Origin: Longimicrobiales bacterium
Lineage (GTDB): Bacteria > Gemmatimonadota > Gemmatimonadetes > Longimicrobiales > Gaopeijiaceae
Assembly: GCA_965243805.1 (NCBI GenBank)
Contig: OZ251577.1
Location: forward strand, 839,344 to 903,343
DNA: 64,000 nucleotides
Reading direction: 5' to 3'
The notes below the pieces were generated by a model, which saw only the letters and a list, made by a program, of their open reading frames with translations, did no database searches and was not told the origin of the DNA. This document shows, piece after piece, positions 39,706 to 49,170 of this stretch. The translations under genes were made by a program, and so were the position numbers. The stretch's first letter is position 1, and each line of letters starts with the position of its first letter.

Positions 39706-41781
39706 ATGACGACGCTCCCGACGCCCCAGCGCTCCTTTTTTGGCTTTCCTCGCACGGCAGTCTGCGCCGGGCTCCTCGCCTTTGCGCTCGCTGGGATGAA
39801 CGACCAGGGGCTGGCGCAGCAACCCGAGAGCGACGCGCCCGACAACGACCGCTGGACCCCGGCGCTCAGCATGCACTACTCCCAACTCTCGGGCCTAGCG
39901 ATCTCCAGCGACGGCGCCGACGTGGCGTACGTGGTCCGCGAGCCTCTCATGGAGGGGGAGAAGTCCGAGTACCTGACCCACGTGTGGCTGGCGTCCAGCG
40001 ACGGAACTCGAGACCGCCAGTTCACGCGGGGCGCCAAATCGGCCTCCAATCCGTCGTTCTCGCCAGACGGCCGGTGGCTGGCCTTCACCACATCGCGCTC
40101 CGGCAAGAATCAGATATGGGTGATCGCCCTGGCAGGCGGCGAGGCCCGGCAGCTCACCGACGCCAAGGCCGGCGTGGGCGCGTACAGTTGGTCGCCAGAC
40201 GGAACCGCCATCGCCTTTGTGATGCGGGACCCGCCCACCGAGGAAGAGGAGAAGGCCGAGAAGGAGAAGCGGGACGTGGTCCTGGTGGATCAGAACTTCA
40301 AGTACGGCCACCTGTACACCGTGCCCTTCGACCCCGCCTCCACCGAGCCAGCCGAGGCCGTCCGCGTCACCGAGGGCGACTTCCACATCACCGGCTTCGA
40401 CTGGAGTCCCGACGGAAGGCGCCTGGTATTCGCTCACCAAGCCGACCCCCGCATCAACACGGGACGGCTTTCCGGCGACATCTCCATCGTCGGCGCTACC
40501 GGGGGCGACATCCGGCCGCTGGTAACCGGACCCGGAGTAGAGTCAGGTCCTCACTGGTCCCCCGACGGTGCCTTGATCGCCTATGCGTCCACCGGAGACC
40601 AGCCCGAGCCGATCGGCTTGGAGGATCTGTACGTGGTGGACCCAGAGAGCGGCGAGTCGCGGCGGCTAGCCGACACGCCGAACCGAAGCGCGTTCATCTT
40701 GGGATGGTCCGCCGATTCGAGGGAAGTCTTCCTGAACGAGGTGCTGCGCACGACCCGTCATGTCGTCACCGTGCCCGTCGGCGGAGGCGACGTGCGACAG
40801 GTCACCCAAGGCGAAGGCGTGGTAGGCTCCGTGGCGTTGGCGCCCGAAGCGGGACGCTTGGCACTGACGTGGGAGACGACCGACGAGCCCGTGGAAGTGC
40901 ACGTGTCGTCGCTGGCCGACTTTGCCCCGTCCCAGTTGAGCAGCGTGAACCAGGACGCGCCCCGCCCGCCGATGGGCCGCACCGAGCTACTGTCGTGGAG
41001 CGCGCCCGACGGCACCCCGGTGGAGGGACTGCTCACCTACCCCGTCGACTGGGAAGCCGGGACCCGGGTGCCCCTGATCCTCAACGTGCACGGCGGTCCG
41101 GCCGGCGTCTTCAGCCAGTCCTTCACTGGCTCGCCCAGCATCTACATGATCCAGTACTTCGCCCAGGAGGGCTTCGCCGTCTTGCGGCCCAACCCTCGCG
41201 GAAGCACTGGCTACGGCAAGGAGTTCCGCTACGCCAACTTCATGGACTGGGGCTACGGCGACCTGTCGGACCTGCTGGCGGGCGTGGACCACGTGATCGA
41301 GATGGGCGTTGCTCATGCCGACAGCCTGCTGCTGATGGGATGGAGCTACGGCGGCTACATGACGTCGTTCGCGGTGACCCAGACCGACCGCTTCCGCGCC
41401 GCGTCGATGGGCGCCGGTCTGCCGAACCTGATCAGCATGGTAAGCACGACCGACATCGGCGACTACTTGGCGGGCCACATGGGCGGCGAGTACTTCGACG
41501 ACTACGAGACCTACGAGAAGCACTCTGCCGTGTACCACATCAAGAACGTGACGACGCCCACCCAGGTGATCCACGGCGCTCAGGACCTGCGCGTCCCCTT
41601 CACCCAGGGCCAAGAGTTCTACAACTCGTTGACGCGCCTGGGCGTCGAAACCGAGATGATCGTCTATCCGCGCACGCCCCACGGTCCACGGGAACCCAAG
41701 TTCCTCATGGACGTGTCGGAGCGGATCATGACGTGGTTCGAGAAGCACCTGCGGAAGGAACCGCCCAGGGCGGACGGGTGA
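39706..41781 (+). CDS. S9-family serine peptidase (prolyl oligopeptidase / acylaminoacyl-peptidase-like) with an N-terminal beta-propeller, 691 aa
   Basis: It has a signal peptide, WD40-like/TolB-like repeats (SFSPDGRWLAF, SWSPDGTAIAF), the catalytic nucleophile GWSYGG, and Asp/His downstream. Confidence 0.8.
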   Translation: MTTLPTPQRSFFGFPRTAVCAGLLAFALAGMNDQGLAQQPESDAPDNDRWTPALSMHYSQLSGLAISSDGADVAYVVREPLMEGEKSEYLTHVWLASSDGTRDRQFTRGAKSASNPSFSPDGRWLAFTTSRSGKNQIWVIALAGGEARQLTDAKAGVGAYSWSPDGTAIAFVMRDPPTEEEEKAEKEKRDVVLVDQNFKYGHLYTVPFDPASTEPAEAVRVTEGDFHITGFDWSPDGRRLVFAHQADPRINTGRLSGDISIVGATGGDIRPLVTGPGVESGPHWSPDGALIAYASTGDQPEPIGLEDLYVVDPESGESRRLADTPNRSAFILGWSADSREVFLNEVLRTTRHVVTVPVGGGDVRQVTQGEGVVGSVALAPEAGRLALTWETTDEPVEVHVSSLADFAPSQLSSVNQDAPRPPMGRTELLSWSAPDGTPVEGLLTYPVDWEAGTRVPLILNVHGGPAGVFSQSFTGSPSIYMIQYFAQEGFAVLRPNPRGSTGYGKEFRYANFMDWGYGDLSDLLAGVDHVIEMGVAHADSLLLMGWSYGGYMTSFAVTQTDRFRAASMGAGLPNLISMVSTTDIGDYLAGHMGGEYFDDYETYEKHSAVYHIKNVTTPTQVIHGAQDLRVPFTQGQEFYNSLTRLGVETEMIVYPRTPHGPREPKFLMDVSERIMTWFEKHLRKEPPRADG

Positions 41782-41785
41782 CGTC

Positions 41786-43276
41786 ATGGCTGGATCGACA
41801 CGCAAGGGCAAGGGGGAGGGCAAGAGCGTCGCGGGCATCGAAGTCGCCAACTTCGGTCCAATTGTCGAGGCCGACGTGGACCTTCGGCCTCTCACGGTGT
41901 TCGTGGGTCCAAGCAACACGGGCAAGTCCTATTTGGCGATGTTGATCTACGCGCTCCACCGATTCGCAAGCGATCCGCTGTTCCATGGCTTCAGGCCCGC
42001 TCATCGCATGAAACTACTGCGGGACATTCCCGTGGAAGGTTTGGGTTCTGTACTGCGGGGCTGGCTGGAGGATGTATCTTTGGACGGTCGCCCCATGGTT
42101 GGACGCTTGCCAACGAGAGTATCGGCAGTTGTGCGCAGAGTACTCGCCGAGCCCGAACAGCTGGCGAACGCTCTGGGCGAGGGGATAGCGTCAAGTCTTG
42201 GATTTACCGATCTCGGCCACCTCGTCCGGCACGACGCGCAGGACTCGGCCACCGTGGCTTGGCGTGCCGGTGCCGCTGGCGGGCCTATGTCGAGATACAG
42301 CTACACGATCAAACGCCACGGCAAACCAACGCTTACCGGAGAAGTGCCCGCTACACTTGATCTACGAATCCCGTCGCCTCGCATCGGCAGATCGCTGTGG
42401 CTGCTGCGTCGGCATGCCGGTGCGGAGGAGTTGAGCGAATCCGATGTCCGTCGGATACTGGCCGACGTCGCCGATTTGGCCTTCTGTTCCACGGTTGGTC
42501 AGTTCAATCGGAGAGCACACTACTTACCGGCTGATCGCACGGGAATCATGCACGCTCACAGCATGGTGGTTCGCTCGCTGATTGGGCAGGCCTCACATGC
42601 CGGGATTCGCCGCCAAGTCGAAGTGCCTTTGTTGTCGGGCGTCTTGGCCGACTTCCTCGAGAACTTGATTGATCTGCCCAGCTCCAGATCGCAGTACGGA
42701 GAGCTCGTTGGAGTGATGGAATCCGATCTCTTGAGGGGATCGGTCGAAAGTAGGAAGTCCGACACTGGCTATCCTTTGTTCTCTTATCAGCCCAATGGCT
42801 GGGCGAACGGCCTCCCGCTGATGAATGCGTCGTCGATGGTGTCGGAACTTGCTCCGGTGGCACTGTACCTCCGCCACGTGGTCAAGCCGGGGGAGTTATT
42901 GATCATCGAGGAACCCGAGTCTCACTTGCATCCAGCCATGCAGGTTCGCCTTGCTCAATTCTTGGCCAGGGTTGCAAAACGCGGGCTACGGCTTCTGGTG
43001 ACGACACATAGCGAGATCTTCTTGGAGGCACTCAGCAACGTGATTGTCCTGGATGGCATCCCGGAGGCAGAACGAATCGGAATCTCAGGAAGCGATTCTA
43101 CCATACCGCAAGACGATGTGGGCGTTTGGCTGTTTGGTCGCGACGACGCTCGCGGATCGCACGTAAGAGAGATCGGACTGGATGTCGAGTCTGGAACGTT
43201 TCCCACGCAGTTCGAGCTAGTGAGCGAAGCCCTGTACTACGACTGGGCCAGAACCCTTGACCGGAGCAATGGATGA
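41786..43276 (+). CDS. OLD/AbiEii-like ABC-type ATPase (AAA_15/AAA_21 family), 496 aa, in a low-GC islet
   Basis: Walker A (FVGPSNTGKSYL), Walker B plus D-loop (LLIIEEPESHLHP) and H-loop (LLVTTHSEIF) are present. GC is about 10-12% below the flanks. The ATG lies only 4 nt after the peptidase stop. Confidence 0.7.
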   Translation: MAGSTRKGKGEGKSVAGIEVANFGPIVEADVDLRPLTVFVGPSNTGKSYLAMLIYALHRFASDPLFHGFRPAHRMKLLRDIPVEGLGSVLRGWLEDVSLDGRPMVGRLPTRVSAVVRRVLAEPEQLANALGEGIASSLGFTDLGHLVRHDAQDSATVAWRAGAAGGPMSRYSYTIKRHGKPTLTGEVPATLDLRIPSPRIGRSLWLLRRHAGAEELSESDVRRILADVADLAFCSTVGQFNRRAHYLPADRTGIMHAHSMVVRSLIGQASHAGIRRQVEVPLLSGVLADFLENLIDLPSSRSQYGELVGVMESDLLRGSVESRKSDTGYPLFSYQPNGWANGLPLMNASSMVSELAPVALYLRHVVKPGELLIIEEPESHLHPAMQVRLAQFLARVAKRGLRLLVTTHSEIFLEALSNVIVLDGIPEAERIGISGSDSTIPQDDVGVWLFGRDDARGSHVREIGLDVESGTFPTQFELVSEALYYDWARTLDRSNG

Positions 43277-43282
43277 ACGAAC

Positions 43283-43831
43283 ATGACTTCAGTTAGAAAT
43301 GCCATTTTGGCAAAGATTGAATCCCGTTGGCAGACGACCGAATCCCGTTGGCGGACCACAACATGCCAAAGCAATAACTGCTCGGTTGACATGGACAATG
43401 CCCCGGAACCGTTTGACATGATCAACCTCGATCGGATTGCGACAAGGGATCTGGAAGCCATGAGCGTCGATCGAAAGCGTTGCGACTACCTGTACTTGGG
43501 CACGGCGGACAACGGTGGTCACGTGGTGATCGCTCCTATTGAACTGAAGGGGGGCACCAACTTTCGGTCAGCCACTGTCGTACAGCAGTTGCAGACGGGA
43601 GCCGAGATAGCGGATGCCATCGTTCCGGCCGATGTGTCCTTCTCGTTTGTTCCCGTACTGGCTTCCCATAAGCCTCGGCGGCGTCATGTATGGCGGGGAC
43701 TGCGGACGCCAGTCATCTTCCGCAACAAGAGCCGTGCCATAACGACAATACAATGCGGCGAGCGGCTCACGACTGCGTTGGAGGCGGCCAGGACCAGGCG
43801 GGCCCCGGCCCCCGCGGTCGTCAGCTCGTAG
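43283..43831 (+). CDS. Hypothetical protein (182 aa), partner of the ATPase. No recognisable domain.
   Basis: It starts 7 nt after the ATPase stop and has the same low GC. It contains a tandem 21-bp duplication (ESRWQTT ESRWRTT). Confidence 0.4.
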   Translation: MTSVRNAILAKIESRWQTTESRWRTTTCQSNNCSVDMDNAPEPFDMINLDRIATRDLEAMSVDRKRCDYLYLGTADNGGHVVIAPIELKGGTNFRSATVVQQLQTGAEIADAIVPADVSFSFVPVLASHKPRRRHVWRGLRTPVIFRNKSRAITTIQCGERLTTALEAARTRRAPAPAVVSS

Positions 43832-43859
43832 CGGGCCAGCACGCGAGGGAACGCGCCGT

Positions 43860-45572
43860 TTAGCCCCCGTCCAGGACCTCATCCCGCACGCCTGTCATCT
43901 CCCAGCGGACCAGGGCGACGGGGATCACGCCGGAAGCGTAGAACGTGTCGAAGAAGCGTCGGAGTGTGAATGCGTCGCCCTCCTGAATCGCCCATTCGGC
44001 CATGAGCTGCTCGATCTCGATCTTGCCGGTTAGGTAGCTGGTGCCGTAACCGGGTTGTTGCAGGTAGAGGTGCTGTTCGTTGCGCACCAGCGCAGCGTCG
44101 GGGAGCCAGCCTCGGGGCGTCCAGCGAGTGGAGTGGGCGACGGCCTCTTCCATGTCGAAGACGTTGCCGTGCAGGTACAGCCCGCTCAACGCCCGAGCCG
44201 CGCGCTGGGCCAGCATGATCCACACCAACTCCCGCGACCGCGGCTTTCCGGCAAAGAGCCCGGCGTGCATCATCATCTCTTCCATCCCGGTGGCCAGCCC
44301 TTCGGAGCGCGCGTCCCAGATGTTGTAAAGCGACGGCACACGGCGCACGGCACTGGCATGGGGCACCTCGGCCAACGTGGCCAGTTCGATCCAGTGGTGC
44401 AGGTGGGTTCGCATCACCACCGGGTCCCGGTAGTTGACCTCGCTGAAGAAGTTGCGGATCTCGCCTGGGGCGGCGGGCGTGAAGACGCCGTTCTTGGCCC
44501 GCAGCGCCGGCGCCATGTATGCCTCGACAGTCTGGACTTGATGCTCCTCCAGGAAGCGCATGTACTCGTCCACAGCCTCGTTCAGCCGTTGGTCGTATTC
44601 CTCGGCGGTGGCGATTCGCTCCAGCAGCGGCAAGTCTCGGTTCCGGTGTTCCTCGAGCCGAAGCGAGGAATGGGCGCGGGCCAGCTCGCGTCGCATGAGA
44701 GTGACCTGCTCCTCCCAAGAGAACGGGACCAGGTGCACGTTCCGCATGTACCACGTGTAGTTGTCCCGTCCCACTCCCGACGGGCCCGTCTTGGAGTCCG
44801 CCAGCGCCTCGATCCAGTCGTGGAACTCCACCGTCGCTGTTCGGGCGGAAGCGATCGCCGCGTCCAGGGCGTCGCTGGTTCCCGCCACTTGCTCGGCCAG
44901 CGCGTCCAAGTCCGCGGCTTGGCGACGGAACGAACGCAGCCCGGCAACCCAGAGGTCGTGAGCGTCGCCGACAAGGTTCGCACGGGCTTGCTCCAACAGC
45001 ACTGGGACGGCACCAAGGCGGCCGGCCAGCTCGGCGGCGGCTTTGTCGGAGAGGGGATAGTCGTACTGCCAGAGGTCAATCCAGCCGTGTATGACGGGAC
45101 CTTCGTGGGCGGGCACGTCGCTCTCGGCGGCGAAGACCGTCACGTAGAACGCCGGGTTGCGCTCCCAGGGCCGCCGGATCCGGTGGTCGAAGTCGAGGCC
45201 GTTGATCTCCGCCCGCACCAAGTGCCAGTCGATCTGTCGAGCCACGGGCCAGCCGCTGGGGTTCAGCGCGTCCAGGCGCGCCCGCCAAGCTGGCAGGGCG
45301 TCGTACTGGGCGGCCATGGCGTCCGCAGAATAGTCGGGCACACCGCCGACGAACTCGGGGGACTCGAAGTCGCGCCACTCTGCGAAGAAGGCGGCCAAGC
45401 CGTCGGGGTCCGCGTCGGCGAGGGCTGGGTCCGCGTCGGCAAGGGCCTCGGACGTGGTGGCTACATCGGCGACGGCGGAGTCCACCGTGTCGCTGGGACC
45501 GCAAGCGGCCAGAAGCACGAGAACGAGGCCGAGGCAGCCACGAGATTCGGCTTTGGGTAGGGTCGAGATCAT
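43860..45572 (-). CDS. DUF885-like lipoprotein (570 aa)
   Basis: The lipobox is LVLLAAC. The length and motif distribution resemble the DUF885 family. The call is tentative. Confidence 0.45.
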   Translation of the reverse strand: MISTLPKAESRGCLGLVLVLLAACGPSDTVDSAVADVATTSEALADADPALADADPDGLAAFFAEWRDFESPEFVGGVPDYSADAMAAQYDALPAWRARLDALNPSGWPVARQIDWHLVRAEINGLDFDHRIRRPWERNPAFYVTVFAAESDVPAHEGPVIHGWIDLWQYDYPLSDKAAAELAGRLGAVPVLLEQARANLVGDAHDLWVAGLRSFRRQAADLDALAEQVAGTSDALDAAIASARTATVEFHDWIEALADSKTGPSGVGRDNYTWYMRNVHLVPFSWEEQVTLMRRELARAHSSLRLEEHRNRDLPLLERIATAEEYDQRLNEAVDEYMRFLEEHQVQTVEAYMAPALRAKNGVFTPAAPGEIRNFFSEVNYRDPVVMRTHLHHWIELATLAEVPHASAVRRVPSLYNIWDARSEGLATGMEEMMMHAGLFAGKPRSRELVWIMLAQRAARALSGLYLHGNVFDMEEAVAHSTRWTPRGWLPDAALVRNEQHLYLQQPGYGTSYLTGKIEIEQLMAEWAIQEGDAFTLRRFFDTFYASGVIPVALVRWEMTGVRDEVLDGG

Positions 45573-45624
45573 GGATTCTTCCTCTCTGGGCGGCAGTTGC
45601 CGGATCTGTTGTACCGACGCATGA

Positions 45625-48600
45625 CTACATCCCGTGACTTGCGGCAGCGGGCGACTGCCGTGGGGCTGGAGGACCTCCTGGCGCCAAGCTGGCGACGGCG
45701 GGGACGCGCGGCAAGGTGGGAGCCGATCCCTCCGCAGCCGGTCCGTCCGCAGCCGATTCCTGCGCCTCGATCCCCAGCCAACAGATCAGTTCCACTTCGG
45801 CGGGCTCGATGACCGGCAGCACCGGAGGGGGTCGCAGGGGCTCGAGACCCGTATCCAAAACTTGGTCGATCAGATGTCGCGACAGAGCGGCTCCGCGACG
45901 CTGTTTGGGCGAGTTGGCGTCGGCCGAGGCGTCGAACCACTGCCGCAGCATCATCTCCTCGCGACGGGGCCAGGGAGACTCCAGCACCTCGAGGGCGCGT
46001 CGAACGCGGTCTTCGGAGACGCCGGGCGGCGGATTGTTTCGAATGAAGGCGGCCACGCGCCGGTTCAGCGGTCGCAATCTGGGCTGGAGGTTGGCAGGGT
46101 CGGTCTCGTGCATCCAGTGTTCCCAGATGTCTTGGCGAGCGACGGTCCAAAAGTCGTAGGCGCGCTCCTGTACGACCGCAGGGAACCAAGTCGGCGTGTC
46201 CTCTTCACACTCGATCAGGCGCAAGCAGGCCCCTACCTCGGACTGGACGGCCGCTGAACGGTCGGGCATCCAGTCGGCGTCCGCGGGGACAAAGCGCAGG
46301 TACGTTCGTTCGAGCTTGGTACCGTGCCCGACGACTGCGCAGAAAAAGAATCCTCGGCGCGCGCCCCGCTTCACCATCCCCGAGCCGGTCTTCCACGGCA
46401 TCTCCACGATGCGGTCACGTTCGGCTTGGAGCGCCTTGCGCAACGTCTGACGGTACTCCTCGCCAGTCTGGGCGGCTCCGGCTGTGCCTCCGCGCTCGAA
46501 GAAGGCGGCGTCCTCGTGCAGCAGCTTCTCGATCTCCTCCCGGGTCTCGGTGAAGACCTGGCTGCCGTGCGCCGCCCCTTCGATGGGAGCCGCCACGCCT
46601 ACGCTCGCCGCCGCCATCGCCAGCTTTGCGAGAATGCGCTGCTCCAGGTTGAGCAATCGGTCGAGTCTGTCCACGGGGAAGATCGTCCGAAGGAAAACGC
46701 GATGGTGCGGGCTGCCGATTCGGTCGATGCGGCCGTGGCGCTGGACAAGACGCATCGGGTTCCACGGCATGTCGAAGTTGACGATGTGGCGACATTGCTG
46801 AAGGTTGACGCCCTCCGCGAGCACATCGGTGGAGACCAGGAGGTCGAAACGGTCCGCCGCCTGCCCTGCCGTTGCGCCCATGGAGACGGGGGCAAAGCCC
46901 TGGACGGCCTTCAGGCGGGACTCGGTGCTGGTGCGGCCGGAGCCGGTCGCCGTGGCGACGCGCCCTCGGTACGGCTCAAGGCCCGGGTGCTGTTGCACGG
47001 CGTCGGCCAGGTAGTCGCGTATCCACTCCACCGTGTCGGCGTAAGACGAGAAGACCAGCACCTTTCGTTTCTGGCGTTCGTCGTGGGAGTGGGCGGCCTC
47101 ACGCTCCGCCTGTTCGGCGACCTGGGCCAGGGCGTCCGCCAGCGCCCCCAGCTTGGGGTCTCGGTCGGGAGTGATCTTGGCCGCGTCTTCGGCCAGCTCT
47201 CGGAGAAGATGGCGGTCCCGTTCCACGTGCTGCCGCAGCCGTGGTACATCGTACAGGTTTGCATCCGAGTAGAGCCGCTCGTCGGGGTCGTCGCCCGCAC
47301 TTGCCAGCATCTCTTCCATTCCGGCCTCGTCGTCCGCCGAGAGCTCGCTGAGGAAGGCGGTGGTCACCACATATCCGGCATCCAGAGCGTCCAGAAACAC
47401 GTCGTGCATGGCGGCCATGCGCTCGGTGGTTTTCCTGAACGCGTGCGCCGAGGACTCGAAGCGCTTCAGCAGGCCCGACCGCAACAGCCCCACCACGGCG
47501 CGTCCACGGGCGCGCTCCTCTGGATCGTCGACGCGAAGCAAGTAGGCGGCGGGTGTGTAGCGCGAAAACGTAATAGCATCATCGCTATCGGGGTCCAGCG
47601 CCGCCTCCAGCCGGTCGAAGAAGCCGGGCAAGCGTTGATCCAGCGCGTAGCGGACCGTCACTGCATGGGGCACGGGAAACTCGATGCGGCGAGGCTGGCC
47701 GTCGGGTCCCGGTATCGTGTCGCCGGCGTAGTGCTTGCGCACGAACTGGCGGGTGCGCTTGACCGTGGTGGCGTCGATGATCGGGTAAAGGAGGTCCGGG
47801 CTCAAGTTCGACGGGTCTTCGCGCATGGCGGCTTCGAAGCGGCCTCGGATCGAGAGGATTCCCTGGTCCGCCAGATGCGCGTCTTGGCGCAGGAAAAAGC
47901 GGATCAGGTGGTACAGGTCCCAAAGCGAGTTGTTGACCGGCGTGGCCGTGAGGAGCAGCAGGTCGCGGCGCCGGCCAAAGAGGAGGCGTCTCATCGTAGC
48001 CGCTCGCGTCGGCGCGCCCGGGTTTCGGTAGTTGTGGGCCTCGTCCACGATGACCAGCTGGTACTCGTCCAGCCCTCGCTGCAAGTGCTCTTTGCCGGGC
48101 CGGTCGGCGTCCGGCGGCAGCAGCTGCACATCGTTGGCCAGCTGCTCGTAGGACAGCGACTCTGCGAATATCTCGTACTCGACGAGGAACTTCTTCCAGG
48201 TCGTGTCGCGCAACGCGGCAGGGCAGATCAGCAGGACACGTTGCCGCCGGTCGCGATACAACTGCAGGATCTCGCCCGCGATGAACGTCTTGCCCAACCC
48301 TACTTCGTCGGCGACGATGGCACCGCCCGTCGCCTTGATCAGCCGCAGCGCTCGAGCCACGCCGTGCTTTTGGAAGCTGGTCAGCGGCAGGTTCTTGTCG
48401 TCCTCGGCGTCCTGGTCCACCTCGTCGCCGTACAGCTGCCAGAGGACGCGAAGAAACACCTCCCATGGCCTGCGCGGCAGCAGCAGCTCCTCAAAGATGT
48501 CGACCAGGTCGTAGGGTACGGCTTCGTCCCAGAGGTGGTCGAACCACCGCCTTGCGTGCTCCACGGTGGAGGTGTCGTCGCGGCCGAGACTGAGTTCGAG

Positions 48601-49170
48601 GTTCGTGGTCAGGCCAGCGGCGGTGAGGTTGGAGGAGCCAGCAAGCACGCCTTCGGTGGCCTCGCCGGTCAGGACGTACGCCTTTGCGTGAAGGAACGCT
48701 TTCTCGTACCGACGAACCTCAATGTTCCCCGACCGCAACGCCTTGACCAGCATGGCCAAGTTAGATCGCCCGGCGTACGTAAACGGCAGGCGGTCGCGCT
48801 CTCGCCGAAGCTCTGTCGTCATGTGGGACAGGCACTCGCCGACGCAGCGCCGGTCGAAGTCGTCCTTCGGCTCGCCCAGCCGCCTTTGGCAAGGCGACAG
48901 GCCTTGGGCTGCCAAGTCGGCACCCAGAAGAAGGCGAACCATGGGGACTGTGGCCAGCCCGTCCGCGATCTGCGCGAACCCCGCCGGGCTGAAGTAGGCG
49001 GTGGCGATCCGCGCCTCGCTGGGCGGGCTTGTGGAAGGTTCGTCCGTGGATGCCGAGCCCGCCACGTTCAGCAACGAGCCAAGCGCCTGCGCGAGGGTGT
49101 TGCCGTGCCGGTTGTCTACAAAGCTCGGGAATGGTGGCGGGCCGACTGGTAGCCCATCAGTGCAATCCAT
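45625..49170 (-). CDS. Fusion of a phospholipase-D-like (HKD) nuclease domain and an SNF2-family helicase (about 1181 aa; start could instead be 49230)
   Basis: The N-terminal HKD motif is FLHAKAYVLTG...GSSNLTAAGL. The SNF2 motifs are I (IVADEVGLGKTF), II (VIVDEAHNYRN), III (LLLTATPVNN) and IV-VI (...LLVSTDVLAEGVNLQ...QRHGRIDRIG). The start overlaps the ImmA-like gene. Confidence 0.75.
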   Translation of the reverse strand: MDCTDGLPVGPPPFPSFVDNRHGNTLAQALGSLLNVAGSASTDEPSTSPPSEARIATAYFSPAGFAQIADGLATVPMVRLLLGADLAAQGLSPCQRRLGEPKDDFDRRCVGECLSHMTTELRRERDRLPFTYAGRSNLAMLVKALRSGNIEVRRYEKAFLHAKAYVLTGEATEGVLAGSSNLTAAGLTTNLELSLGRDDTSTVEHARRWFDHLWDEAVPYDLVDIFEELLLPRRPWEVFLRVLWQLYGDEVDQDAEDDKNLPLTSFQKHGVARALRLIKATGGAIVADEVGLGKTFIAGEILQLYRDRRQRVLLICPAALRDTTWKKFLVEYEIFAESLSYEQLANDVQLLPPDADRPGKEHLQRGLDEYQLVIVDEAHNYRNPGAPTRAATMRRLLFGRRRDLLLLTATPVNNSLWDLYHLIRFFLRQDAHLADQGILSIRGRFEAAMREDPSNLSPDLLYPIIDATTVKRTRQFVRKHYAGDTIPGPDGQPRRIEFPVPHAVTVRYALDQRLPGFFDRLEAALDPDSDDAITFSRYTPAAYLLRVDDPEERARGRAVVGLLRSGLLKRFESSAHAFRKTTERMAAMHDVFLDALDAGYVVTTAFLSELSADDEAGMEEMLASAGDDPDERLYSDANLYDVPRLRQHVERDRHLLRELAEDAAKITPDRDPKLGALADALAQVAEQAEREAAHSHDERQKRKVLVFSSYADTVEWIRDYLADAVQQHPGLEPYRGRVATATGSGRTSTESRLKAVQGFAPVSMGATAGQAADRFDLLVSTDVLAEGVNLQQCRHIVNFDMPWNPMRLVQRHGRIDRIGSPHHRVFLRTIFPVDRLDRLLNLEQRILAKLAMAAASVGVAAPIEGAAHGSQVFTETREEIEKLLHEDAAFFERGGTAGAAQTGEEYRQTLRKALQAERDRIVEMPWKTGSGMVKRGARRGFFFCAVVGHGTKLERTYLRFVPADADWMPDRSAAVQSEVGACLRLIECEEDTPTWFPAVVQERAYDFWTVARQDIWEHWMHETDPANLQPRLRPLNRRVAAFIRNNPPPGVSEDRVRRALEVLESPWPRREEMMLRQWFDASADANSPKQRRGAALSRHLIDQVLDTGLEPLRPPPVLPVIEPAEVELICWLGIEAQESAADGPAAEGSAPTLPRVPAVASLAPGGPPAPRQSPAAASHGM

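Noticed and set aside
43860-45572. Including the DUF885-like lipoprotein, acyl-CoA ligase and panE in the defence island
   Set aside because: Their GC and codon style match the chromosomal background and their functions are metabolic. They look like native genes between acquired segments.
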